DNA from: the human T2T-CHM13v2.0 reference genome, Homo sapiens
Strand: one strand, 5' to 3'
NCBI RefSeq assembly: GCF_009914755.1
Contig: NC_060944.1
Length of the DNA: 64,000 nt
Positions 1 through 13,383 of this stretch are shown piece after piece. How positions within the stretch are numbered: the first letter of the stretch is position 1; each line of letters opens with the position of its first letter. The notes below the pieces were generated by a model. The model made no database searches, had not been told where the DNA came from, and saw nothing but the letters and a program-made list of their open reading frames with translations. The position numbers and the translations under genes are program-made.

Positions 1-1
1 T

Positions 2-368
<367 letters not shown>

Positions 369-384
369 ACATTTCTGTCTTTAA

Positions 385-545
<161 letters not shown>

Positions 546-1629
546 TAATAAGCTTCCAGGTAGCATAGGTGTCGCTGGTCCATGGTCACAATTTGAGTAG
601 CAAGAGTTGACAGCACCCTCAGGCTCATTGCAAACCAGCTACTTCCGGCCATAACTAGGAGAGAGAAGTTGTGACCACCCCAAAAGCACATCTGTATTTC
701 CTAAGGCAAATACAAGCCAGCTTTCCCTCCACTGAACTGTCCAGGACTCAGGCTTGCAGTGAAAATCAGCTGCTGAATGTATTTTTGTTTAAAATCCACA
801 CACATTCTCTCACACTAGTTATTTAAAAAAATTAAAAGAAAAATCCACACACACCACATGCAGACAGCACCCATCACAGGTGCTATTTAGTTTGTTTTTC
901 AATTGCTTGGTCCCTCCTGCTTGGGTACCATGTGTTTGCATTTTGCATTTTTTGCTTCTCCTTTTATCTCACTTTCTTTTCACCTCGCAGCAACCTGGTC
1001 AATGTGCAAATGAAAGACAGTCCCAGGGAAGAGGAAAACTCTTGCTGTGCAACCAGCTGGAAAGAGATTGAAATAAAAACTCACTTCACTTCTCCCCACC
1101 CCATTCTCTCCTGAGCAAGTAGAGGCAGGTTTGTCGAAATTGCCGGAAGGGACAATGTTGGCATTTGAGCTTCTAGGAATGTTCTTTTGGAGAGCAGGAG
1201 CACTGCCTCCAGGCCTGCTCCCTCCCACTGCTGCTTAGGAAGGATGGCTCCAGGACTGGGCGGCTCAGCCATGGTGGAACTGGGTCAGCTGTGGCTTTGG
1301 CAAGTTTCTCATCCTATCTGGGCCGCCTCTGTGAAATAGGAATAATGATTGTACCTACAGAGCTGGATATTACCTGTTTGTTCCCCCGACCCATTCTCTA
1401 CCCTGAGAGACCGACTTTAGGGATTGCATCACTCAAGGGCCCTGCCTTCCGGCTTCGGCCCTGCCTTTGGCCTTCTGGTTCAGTTTGCAACGGGAGATAC
1501 CAGCAGCAGATGGGTGCTGGGAAATTTACTCCCTGTTCTCTCCCTGCTCTGGGCTGCAGCTGTGAGTTTCTCTCTGACTGCAGCTCCTGACCAGGCAGAT
1601 GCCTCAACAGTGCCAGGCTTGACGGTGTG

Positions 1630-1775
1630 TGTCAGCTATCAATTTATTGCCTCTCAGCTCCAAAGTCACCCTTCAATATCTGCTTTGCGTAATGGGCGGA
1701 GTTCCTTTTAAGCGTCATTCCTTTACAGTGAGTGCAGTGTTAAGTTTTCTCAGTAGAGGGCGCTAGAGGAACACC
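1630..1775 (+). mobile_element. LTR41-like ERVL LTR fragment
   Basis: TGTCAGCTATCAATTTATTGCCTCTCAGCTCCAAA...TGTTAAGTTTTCTCAGTAGAGGGCGCT resembles the recalled LTR41/LTR41B consensus. Confidence 0.6.
1747..1765 (+). promoter_or_regulatory. Candidate CTCF motif
   Basis: TTCTCAGTAGAGGGCGCTA matches the CTCF core CCASYAGRKGGCRS at all but the first C. Confidence 0.55.
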
Positions 1776-4344
1776 CCCTAGGTCTCTACTGTTTTCATCC
1801 CTCATCCGCTTTCAGACAATAGGCCAAGGCCTGGCCAATCAGAGCACTGCCTTCTCATAGCCTCACTGATTGGCTCAGGGATGGGCACACGGTCTAAACT
1901 GCTCCAATCACAGTGAGTCCCAGGACTTAGGTAGGAGCTACCCAAATGATACCTTGTGCTTTCCCATTGAACTTGAACTTGAGAAGATGAGAGGCTGGGT
2001 TGCTGCAGCCCTGTTGTCAGCATGAGGGGAGAGTCTTGAACTGCCAAGAATCGCCACAGGGAACTCAAGGGTGGAGCCAACATGGCAGAAGTTGTGAGAT
2101 GGAGAGAAACTGACTTCTCATGACACAGTGTAGCTGCCCCTGAAGCTGGCAGGACCTTTGGGCTTTTCAGCTATGTGAACCTGTAGATAACCTCTCTCCA
2201 ACCACCCCCCTCACCAGTGTTTTTTTGGTACAGAAGCCAGTTGGATTTTCTGCTATGTGGAAACATAGTTCTGCTGAATATAATGGCTTTAGGAAAGAAA
2301 CAAAACAAAACAAAAACCATTGCTGTATTTATCCTCTTTGCCAGGCACCTTGCTGCATATCTCATTTACTTCTCTCTCCATCCTCACGCAGCCCTCAGAG
2401 GAAAGTGATCATCTCCATTTTCCAGATGAGAAAAACAATGCTCAGAGAAGTTAAGTAACTAGCTCAAGGCCACCCAGCTAGTGTGTGGTAGAAGCAGGAT
2501 CCAGGCACGGGCTCCAGTGCATCATACCACTCAGTGCTGGCTGGCAGCAGAGTGGAAGCCACTCGTCCACCTGGCTCAGGGATTCTGGCAGCCACGGTGG
2601 GAGAAGGCAGGGATGCAATCTGTATGCCGAGTAATTGTACAACAGTGCAGTTCCCCCACATTCATTACCTAACTGCTAATGAAAAGATCTCCGAATTGTG
2701 GTGCTGCCAAGTCTGTTGTAGCGAAGTGTGAGAATGCATTTGTAATTAGCCGCGCCTTGCAGGCAAATGAGGAATGTGTGAAAGTCCCTTGAAATGTTAT
2801 ACAAAATAAGGCTAAAGCATATTCCATTATCTTACGTATGCTATTAATTGAACAGACCCTTTTCATTGTTGCTGTTGAGTTCTTGTGTGACGTTATTAAC
2901 AATAGTTACTATTTATTGAGCACTTACTATGGCCCAGATACTTGGTGCTTTCTGTACTGCTTTGTTTCATGTAATCTTCACATCACTCCAACAGGGAGGA
3001 TGTTATTGTTCCCTTTTTAAAGAGGATGAACTAGAAGTTCAGGGAGGTTCAATAACTTGCCCAGGGTCACACCGCAAGGCAGTGGCTTGTCAAGGAATCA
3101 AATTTGAAGTTCTCTGGCTCCAAAGCCCACGTTCCTTCTGTTTGTCCCAGCACTTGTCGTACTTTCTGCTGCTCTAGCTTGTCCCACTCACATAATAGTA
3201 TGTGGCTGTTCAGTGTGGCTCCTTCAAGTGGGAGAGAGGGCCCTTCTCTGTTCTTCCTGTTACTGGAACACGGATGTGACTGCTGGATCTCTCAATTTAT
3301 TCTGTCTTGAAAGCAAACCACGAAATTAAGAAAATTTTGTGGATTGTCTCTGCCTAAAGACCCATGTGCTTGGCCGATGAGACTGCTAAGTCCAGGTTTA
3401 AGACACTGTTATTGTAAAGGGTGTCGATAGGCCAGAAGGCAAAATGCTGAAGTTCACAGGACGCTGCCTGGACTTCTAATTTGGATTTGGGTATGTATCA
3501 GCCAGTAAAAATTACAGAAACCCAACCCCACTAATTTAAGTAAAAAGAGAATTTATCAGATAACATGACTAAACAGTTCAAGAAAAGGGATGTCTTCAGG
3601 AACTGCTGGATCTAGGGACTTATCGTTGTCATTAGAACCTAGTTTTTTTCTCTCTATTCCTTGACTCTGTATTCCCAGAGGAAGAGAGAGAGAGTCTTTG
3701 CTGTTTGGGCCTATAAAAATCCCCACACCCATTTTGAGGAAGGAGTCTAAGACTGGTAGCTCTAAAGTGTCCTCAAGGACCCAGGCTCCCATCTTTCTGT
3801 TCTCCCACCCTCAGTCCTTGTCTTTTATCCTTGTGGTCACCTAATGAATGGTCCAAGAGGGCTATTGGAGATCCAGCAATCACATCTATGTTCCAGTAAC
3901 AGGAAGAAAAAAAAGGGCCATCTCCTCTAAGGAGGCTTCTCAAAGTTCCCTGCGAGACTTTGCTTACAAATTCCTGGCCAGGACTTATTCATCTGTACAC
4001 ACCTTGTTGTAAAGGAGACTGGAAAGTACAGTCTTTATTACCAGTGGCAGTGTGCCTGGATAAAACTGGGGCTCTGTTACTAAGGAGAAAGGGGGAAGTG
4101 GATGGTTGGATGGGCCACTAGAGTTTCCGTCACAGTGCCCATCACCAGATACTCAGGAAATGGATGCTGGGGAGAGCAAATACAGCACCCACTAAAGTTG
4201 GTAGTCAGTGTTGTGCCTGGGCCTAATAGCTCCTCCTTCATGAAATGAGTGTTGTTGTACAAAGAGCCCTGGATTGGTCAAAAGATTGGATTACGAATTC
4301 CAGCCTCTAACTGGCTATGTAGTTGCATAACAACACTTTGCTTC

Positions 4345-4640
4345 TTTTTTTTTTTTTTTTTTTTTTTTTGAGACAGTGTCTCACTCTTGCCCACGCTAGA
4401 GTGCAGTGGTGCAATAAGGCTCACTGCAGCCTCGACCTCCCTGGGCTCAGGTGATCCTCCCGCCTCAGCCTCCCCAAGAGCTGGGACTACAGGTGCACAC
4501 CACCACACCTGGCTCCTTTTTATATTTTTTGTAGAGACAGGGTTTTGCCATGTTGCCCAGGCTGGTCTCAAACTCCAGGCCTCAAGCGATCCGCCTGCCT
4601 CCACCTCCCAAAGTGCTGGGATTGTGGGTGGGAGCCACTG
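4345..4640 (-). mobile_element. AluJ
   Basis: Poly-T, then reverse Alu with J-type GCAGCCTCGACCTCC. Confidence 0.85.
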
Positions 4641-6969
4641 CAATCCTTGGTGCTCAGCTCACTTGGCTTCTTGTGTCTGCCTTTCTCCGGCTATAAAATG
4701 GGGGTCATACTCACATCATCTGGCTATGCCTCTGGCTACAAGCGGAGAATGCCTGACTAGCAGTAGGGTGAGCAACTCATCCTGGTTTTTGTATGCCTTT
4801 TCTAATTTTCACGTGAAATATTAAATGTGAGATGAAGCATCCTGGGAAACTCTCTTAGTCCTGGGCAAACTAAGGTAGTTGGTCTCCCTCATTAGCAGTA
4901 GCTAAAATCCTAGAGACAAGCATTGTCTGGAGGTGGGCAGTATCTGGGTGAGTTCAGCAGCTCAATGCTATCTTCACGGACCCAGTAGGCTCTTTGCATC
5001 CTCAGATCCACCACCCTTAGCATGTTAGGTTTCCTTCCTCCCACTGGCTGTCTCCAGTCACAAGTGTGACTATCCAGATACAGCTCTTGTCATCTTGGGT
5101 CAGACTCTCTGCAAATCCCCTAGCTGGGGATTTGGGTGGGGTGGGGTTTCATGTGCATGTTAGGTGAGGATTCAAGTGAATGCTGTGAATTGAGGGAGTG
5201 CTCTTAGGAGAATCCTGTAAAGGAGGAGGGAGGCAGGATGGGGCAGGGGAAGAAGTGAAGCAAAGATGTGGTCTCAGCGGGAGCTTCGCTGGAGCCTCAT
5301 CCCCAGGGAGCACCAAGTGTGATCAGAGTTGCAGACTAAGCTCCACCTTGAGGCGGGGTCTGAAGACTTGCCCCCCTGTGGCCATCAGTCATTGCCATGA
5401 GCTGCCCTGGTGAGGTGGGGACTTGACATCCCAGGCATCTCTGGATGCTTTGGTTCCTGTCAGAGAAGAGGCTGCTGGGAGTTATGACAACACAGAAGGG
5501 GGCTGCTGGGTGCACCGGGCAGGGTCCCCACAGCTTCTTCGACCCTTGTCCTCTCTCAAAAGCACCCAAGGCAGAAAGGGGTGCAAAGGCTTGCTGTTTA
5601 CAGAGGGAAAGTTTCCCCAGCACCTAGTGATCTCAGGCCAGCTTCCTCTAAGGTCTTATTAGCCGAGACTGGGTCACTTCTCATCCCTGATGACTCACTG
5701 GTAAAGGGAATGGGATTACCTCAGTTGGCATAAACGCTGGGACTGAGCACACTGAAACCTGGGACAAACGAAGGGCCTGTTTGTGGGGAAGAAGGGTGAA
5801 CAGGTTTCTTGCAGGCAGCCAGCAGAGTCTGCCCTCCAAGCACCAGGGTATCCAGAAGTCCCAGTGCAGATAACAATTCTGCAGACATAAGGGGTTTTAC
5901 TTGTTTCCCCTCTAGATCTTTCCCTGGTTCCTGCAGGTGAGTATGGGAGAATTGCGTAGGAGAGATGGGCAGGTCCTCCTGCAGAGACACACTCATCGCT
6001 CTCCCAGACCCTGCCCCGAGATTCTGGGCAAACACCAGCTGTTGCTTTGGGCTTGTGGAGGAGGCTGATAGGTCTACTGGAAGTCTTTCCTGGAAGACTA
6101 TCAATCAGAGATTTGCTTTCAGCTGAACCTCCCAATTTAGTCTCTGTTGAAAGCCAACCACAGCCCAGCAGCTTGGATGGGATGAGATTCAATAGCAGAG
6201 GGCAACAGAACAAAGGTCTCGCTTTATTTCCACTGCCTCCCCTCCCTTCCCCATGACAGTCTCCAGACAGGGTGGTTGAGTGCCACTGCTGAGTAATTTT
6301 TATGGCAATTGCAAAAGACCCCTGAGCTTCTAAGGTGAGGCATTTCCCATTTAATCATCTTGATGGAGAAGCAGCCTCCGTACATTTAGCAGCCATTCTG
6401 GCCCCCTGTTAAATGGACTTGTTACTACTTTGTTGAGTCTCAATTACAAATGTGGTAGAATAACGACAGCTACCAAATAACACAGACCCAGGAGATAGTC
6501 CTGGCATTTTTGCTTTTTTTTTTTTTTTTTAAACAAGACCAGTTGGTGGTTTTACATTTATTTCAACAAATTGAGCTTGGACTTTTACAGGTCATTTGGG
6601 TGAAAGGCACACTCCTTTCTGAAAAGAAATAAGAAATCTTTCAGGCTGTGTTTTGTGATTGCAAACACAAGTCCCGCTGTATCTTTTCATACATTTGATT
6701 CAAAATACAAGAATGTTGATGGAGGACTAACCTCACACGTTGGAGGCTGTTTCCCAGCAGAAATCATTAGGTGATCTGTTGGGGGAGGAGTTGTTTGCCT
6801 GCCATAATTGTGGCATCTGTAAATAGGCATGGATCTTAATAAAATTCATGCCACCGTATATGTGAACAAATATGGCTGATGCATGTAAGTATTTTGGAGT
6901 GCTCTGGACAGAAGTAAGGGATTCACAGATTCACTTATCCTGCAAATATTTATTGAGCACCAACTATAA

Positions 6970-7336
<367 letters not shown>

Positions 7337-7409
7337 GCAAATATGTATTTAATGTGTCAGTTGATAATACGGATTTTAGAAAAGGATAAAGTAGGGTAAG
7401 GGGGCTGGG

Positions 7410-7945
7410 TGTTTTAAAATTTAGGTTTGGTTTCATTCAGGTTTGGTGAGGCTAACATATCTGGTGAGGACTGCTATTGAAAAGATAGTTTGCTACTCAC
7501 AGTTCCCAAGAGGAGGGTGGCATGCCACACCATGGAGCTGAGACACACAGGGGCACACCAAGGCCAGTTAGGAGGTGGGGAGAGTATGGGCAAGAGTGTT
7601 TACAGTGGTTTCTGTGGAGAGGAATGGGCACGGGACAGGGTGAGCAGGTTTAGGGTTGGCTGATTTGACTAATTTCAGCAGGTTCTGGGCATGAGGGCTT
7701 CCTTTAGCTGTCTGGTACCTGGCCTTGGAGTGCTTAGGCCAGGTGGACAGTGGCCTGGAGTCTGAGAGCTCAGTAAAGGAGGTGGCTGGGGTGTGCGTTC
7801 CGGGTTCTGTGGCTTGCATAGGAAAGGTGCATTCCAGGCAAGTTGTTTACTATCTCTAGGAATTGGCCAACTCTGGGAGGGGCAGTCCCTCCAGGGTCAG
7901 CAAGGTCCCAGACCACAGAGCATCAGAGTACAGAAAAAAAGACAT
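7410..7945. mobile_element. LTR-like element (possibly MER77/MER21 group)
   Basis: TG...CA-bounded ~530-bp segment resembling recalled ERV LTR consensus; family uncertain. Confidence 0.35.
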
Positions 7946-10573
7946 GTTTAATACACTGGGGACATGGTGGGAGTGTGGCCTTTTATACAGAGCTGGAAGA
8001 AGGAGCCAGATGAGGCCTCATTGTTTAGGTGACATTGGAGCAGAGACCTGAGTGAGGTGAGTGAGTGAGTGATGCGGGTCTATCTTCAGGAAGGGTCCTC
8101 CAGGCAGAGGGTACAGCAAGTGCAAAGGCCCTGAGGCAGGATAGTGCTTGGTTTGTTCAATGCATAGAGAAGAGGTCAGTGTAGCCGGAAAGGAGAGGTG
8201 AAGGGGAGGCAAGGAGACCAGGTCGGGGGCTGGGGCTGAGAGAGACTCTGGCTTGGATTGTGAGCAAGATAGACTGTCAGAGTTGGGGTTGGGGAGGCGC
8301 AGGGGTGGGACTCTGAGCAAAGGTGGAGTGTGATCAGACTGGGGTTCTAACGGGGTCCTCCTGCTGCTGTAGGGGAGAGGCAGGGGAGCAGGGAGACCAG
8401 GAGGCGCTCCTGCCACCATCCAGGAGGGAGAGGACAGGAGGAGAGTGGTAGGATTCCGGATATAGGCTAACAGGACTGGATGGGGAGGGGGTGAGGGAAG
8501 AGAGTGAGAGATAAGTATTAGTGGGAATCCTGTTTCTTTTTTCAGAATGAAAACAGAGGTGAGGCCATTTTAGCAAATGGTAGAATCTGAGTGAAAATCC
8601 TGCTTTCTTCAGCTGATGTCTTTCTAGGCTTCTGCGGCCTCATCCCTCTATCATCCCACATGTGTGGAAATATTTTATTCACTCGGTTTTCTCCCTCCAC
8701 CAAATTACCAGCAACTCCAGGGCAGGACTGAGTCCAGTTCTGGCCCCGCTGCTGTGACAGGGCCTGGTTCACAGTAGGGACTCTGGAAATGCACCTCTGA
8801 GACCTCTCCCTGGGCGCATCCCCGCAGGGGGCTGTGTCTCTGCCCACGTGTTCCCTCGATGGCTGGTGGAATGTCCCTGTCTTCTCCACCTCTGGGCCTT
8901 TGCACTGTCTGTCTCCTCTGCCTGGACTGCTGCCTCTCCCTCTCCTCCAGGTCTCCATTTAAATGCCACCTCCTCAGCAGGTCCTTCCCTCATTGCACCA
9001 TCGGAAGTGGCTGTGCCCCACTTGGTTACTCTGCCAGGTCACCCTTGTGTTCACCAACATCAGAAATTGTTTTCTTCTGGTCACAGGTTCACTGTCTGTC
9101 TCTCTGTTGCCATCCCTGTGTGGACCCCACGAAGGCAAGGGCCTGGTCTCCAATGCTCACTGTAGCATTGGAGGGGGTGTCGCCGGTACCCACCCTGATG
9201 CCTATCAATGGGATGGGACACCTGTGCCCCAGCAGCTGTGGTATTCAGTGCCAAAGACCCCCACCTGTACTTCTTTGGAGACCGGCTGATTAGAGCTGTC
9301 TTGCCAGGACACACCAGGGGCGTCGGGACAAGACCAGAACAAAGGTAAGTGGAAAGACAGATCCTTTGCAATTTTGAAATGTTATGCATTGTGAATTTTT
9401 TGGCAGTAATTTTGATTTTTAAAAATATTACATTAAAGTATGATTGATCTCCACTACTGATTTCTTGGGCTTTCCCTTGCATTTTGGGGCAAAGGCAAGT
9501 GCCTCACTATTCCCAGCCCTGCTCAGAGGTGGGATCTGAGAATCTGTATTGTTAAATCAGCCTTTCTGACCTCAACTGTGAGTCCCAGAGAAGCACTGAG
9601 CTAATCAGACATGGGGGATAAACCATATGACCTACAAAATAAAACACATTTGGAAAGGTCTGTTTTGCTGTTTCCCCCAGAGGAGTGATGGTCCCCTAAG
9701 TGTATGGAGTTAGTTGTCCATACCAGGGTCAAAAGGGAGTCCCATTAGGGACCTCCCATAAGGAACTGTGTCCCCACACTTTGATCAGAACAGCTCTTAC
9801 TCCATATGATTTATATCTGGGCTTTCTGCATCAGATTCCATGCAAAAGATAGGTTCCATTGCTAAAAAGAGGTAGAAAAGTCACAATCTTAGAGTGGCAG
9901 TGCTGGAAGCAGATTGTTAGGTGTCCAGAGGCCTCCTAGCTTCAGATTTAGGGCCAACAGCCCCTAAGCCCCGTTCCAGGCATGAGGGTCACGATCGGGA
10001 GTACCTTTGTCCCTCTCTCAAGTGAGGTCTTGAGAGGTGCCCAAGTCCGTGCCTCTGCCTCAGCCACCAGGACAGGTCAGAACCTGCAAGATGATGCCAG
10101 AAACCTTGACCACTCAGGGGCCCCGGCTTCCCTGCACAACCCCAGCTTCTGTTCCTCCTCCCTCCCAGTGCTGTTCCGTTCAGGGATCCCTCCCCGACCC
10201 CACATGGCTTTACTTCCCCCCTCCCCTGAATTTTAAAGGGCTCCATTTTATACTTCTTTCGGTACCATATTTCTGTGTGTTTAGCATTTTCAGTGGCCTC
10301 CTGCCTCTCATAGCCCCTTTCCAGGGGAATAAAAGGTCATTCCATAAATCTCAGGCATTATTAAAGATGACGGCAGTGCACGATTGCTTGACACCCACCG
10401 GGCTGGGGAACGTAGCGCTAATTAGTCAGAAAACTTACTTTTCAGGCGTGAGTCATTGGAAGCAGGTGTCAAGGGAGCCTTTAACGAGGCCCTCGTGACT
10501 CAGTTGATATTTCCACTCTGCATCACCGCGTGTATATTGTACTGAGATCGCGGTGGCCTCGCCACCAGACACA

Positions 10574-10716
10574 GAGGGCAGAGGAGAGAGAGAGAGAGAG
10601 AAAGAGAGGAAGAGAAGAGAAAGAGAGGGAGAGAGAGGAGGAGAAGAGAAAGACAGGGAGGGAGAGAGAGGAGGACAAAGAGGAGCGAGAGGGGAGAGAA
10701 AGAGAGAGAGAGAGAG
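10574..10716. repeat. GA-rich polypurine low-complexity tract
   Basis: ~140 nt almost entirely G/A with (GA)n runs. Confidence 0.9.
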
Positions 10717-10796
10717 GTGCTTGGAGAACCCGAGATCCCATGTTAAAAATAAATGCCTTCTGCTTTTTGGCCCTCTTTCCTATTTCCCTTCCTTCT

Positions 10797-10996
<200 letters not shown>

Positions 10997-11460
10997 TGAG
11001 CACCTACTAGGTGCAGGCCCTATGCGAGATGCTGGGGGTCAATGGTGAGCCATATTGCTGAGTCCTGTAGCTAAGAAGAGGAATACATGAGTCAATTTCA
11101 GAGGTTGATGGGTGGATATAGAAGACCAAGCCGGCTAAGAGGAGAGGGGTGGTGGTGGTGCTGATGTGGATTCTTTGAGAGGTGGTCAGGGAAGGCCTCT
11201 CTGGGAAGGAGCCAGCTATGCAGTGTTCCACAGGAAGGGCATCTCTGGCAGAGGGATGGGCAGGTGTGAAGGTGCTGGGATGGGAATGATGTGGCTTGAG
11301 GGTTAGGACAAGCTTGTGACTGTGACCTGAGTGGGAAGCCCCCTCCCCACGCCTGGCACTGAGGGGCTCTATGTCCTGCCAGCTGGAGTAGAATCTGCTG
11401 GACTGGCCTGAGCGCCCTCTCTACTGTGGGTCACATATGCTGTATGAAGTCGGGGACCTG

Positions 11461-11583
11461 TTGCAGGTGGGGTGGGTACTCTGAAGGTCGCAGGTTGGGT
11501 GGGTGCTCTGCAGGTCAGGCGGGTGCTCTGCAGGTCACAGATTGGGTGGATGCTCTGCAGGTCGGGTGGGTGCTCTGCAGGTC
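11461..11583. repeat. Degenerate minisatellite, about 5 copies of core GGGTGCTCTGCAGGTC
   Basis: Core recurs with alternating short and long spacers. Confidence 0.8.
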
Positions 11584-12249
11584 TTTGGGGGCACGGGGAG
11601 GCCTGTGGGGGCTGCAGATTGTGCTTCTCAGTCTGCCCAGGGAACTGTAAACTCCCTTTCAAAAACATCTGTCCCCGCTCTAGGTTTAGATTTATATGCA
11701 GGTATATGATGCAAAGTATTTTTTTTTCACAGATTAAAATAAATGCAGAGTAGAATACAAACCCCACATGATTTTTTAAAGATAAAATGAACTGATTTCA
11801 CCTCATAGTCAACAACGCTGACAGGCCCCCTGATGACCTGTCAACTGTCAGGGGTGCCTTTGTGTGAAAGTTTGAAAAACCAGCCCTAAGGGGTGAAAAA
11901 GGTGAATAGAGGATGGAAGAGAAGGAAAAAAGGATAAAAGGGAAACGGGAGAAAGAAAGGCACAGAGGGGGGGACAGTCCAAGAGAAACGAGAGAGGGAG
12001 CACAGTATTCACTGGTCATTTTCCTAAAAGTGTCTGTTCTCTTTTTCTACAACCCCAGTAGGGCCCCACCGGGCCTGAACAACCCAAGCACACAGGGCCC
12101 TTTACTTCCAGCCCCCACTTGCTGGCTTTGCTGGGAAACCCAGCTCCCTTTTTTAAGAGAGCCCCATGGAAGGCATTCTCTCTTTTTCATCAATTTCTTT
12201 TCCCTGGACATGATCCACATTAGAGACAGACATGCTGTTTCTGCTGTTT

Positions 12250-12615
12250 GTATTTTTTTTTTTTTTCTCCAGGCAGACCCATAAAGCAAGTTTTTGCTGG
12301 GCATGTTATTTGCATGGTGAAAAGAACAAGGCATCTCCTTATTGAGGGAAACACACATAGGGGCTGGGGTGGGCGGGGCTGGGCTGATGACCCAGCTTCC
12401 TTTCACGGCTGCAGGCGGAGGGGCAGGGCCCCTCTGCTGATGTTCTAGTGTTCTTCCCGGGGTGTGGGAGTGAGGGTGTCCTTCCCCGGGTGCGTGGGAG
12501 TCGGTGCTGCGCCAGGACTGCACTCGGAAGCGGCCTGTCCCTCTCCAGGCGTCTGCAGTGGATGGCAATGGCTTCGGGCCACAGATGGCAGGCAGGGCAG
12601 GCGTGTCCTCCGCGC
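12250..12615 (-). other. KCNG1: KCNG1 3' UTR (3' end uncertain)
   Basis: Unique sequence following the stop codon. No canonical AATAAA/ATTAAA on the minus strand until ~10997; A-rich tract at ~12252-12266. Confidence 0.55.
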
Positions 12616-13383
12616 TCAGTTATTGTCTCTGGTGTCCGAGGAGGCACTTCCGAACAAGATGTCACTGTCCTGGGACACGCTCAGCTGCGACTTGGTTTTG
12701 ATGAGGAACTGCGCCCTCCGGAACATCACCCTCTCTTGCTCCTGCTTGAGCTCCAGGTAGGAGCGGGAGAAGGTGTGGAAGATGGAGGTGACTGGGAAGG
12801 CCATGAGCAGGATGCCGCTCAGTATGCTGCTCAGGGCCACTACCTGGCCCGGGGTGCTCCTGGGGACCATGTCGCCATAGCCCACCGTCGTCATGGTGAT
12901 GACAGCCCACCAGTAGCAGGCAGGGATGCTGGTGAACTCGGGGCTGTCGGCCATCTCGTTCTCGATGACGTAGAGCAGGGGCGCGAAGAGGGCGATGGCC
13001 ACGCAGAGGAAGAGCAGCAGGAGCCCGAACTCGCGGGTGCAGCGGCGGGCCGTGAGCCCCAGCGTCTGCAGCCCCAGGGAGTGGCGCGCCAGGCGCATCA
13101 CGTACAGGATGCGCAGCGCCCGCAGCACGCGCAGCACCAGCCCCACCTTGTCCAGGTAGCTGTTGCCCGCGCCGGGCTTGCGACGGCCCGCGGCGGCGCC
13201 GTCCACCAGCAGCGTGATGTAGTAGGGCAGGATGGCCACCAGGTCGATCAGCGTCAGCGGGCTCCGCAGGAAGGCGAACTTGCTGGGCGCCTGAATGAGC
13301 CGCAGGAGGAACTCCAGGGAGAACCAGCCCACGCACACCGACTCCACGATGAAGACGTTGTGGCACATCTGGGAACAGTGGCC
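12616..13383 (-). CDS. KCNG1: KCNG1 last coding exon, codons 259-513 plus stop: S2-S6, S4 voltage sensor, pore
   Basis: Polypyrimidine tract and acceptor CAG|GGC at 13384/13383. S4 LRVLRALRILYVMRLARH, pore helix/filter YWWAVITMTTVGYGD, S6 GILLMAFPVT. 768 nt including TGA. Joined with the upstream exon it gives 513 aa, matching my recollection of KCNG1. Confidence 0.97.
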   Translation of the reverse strand, partial: GHCSQMCHNVFIVESVCVGWFSLEFLLRLIQAPSKFAFLRSPLTLIDLVAILPYYITLLVDGAAAGRRKPGAGNSYLDKVGLVLRVLRALRILYVMRLARHSLGLQTLGLTARRCTREFGLLLLFLCVAIALFAPLLYVIENEMADSPEFTSIPACYWWAVITMTTVGYGDMVPRSTPGQVVALSSILSGILLMAFPVTSIFHTFSRSYLELKQEQERVMFRRAQFLIKTKSQLSVSQDSDILFGSASSDTRDNN

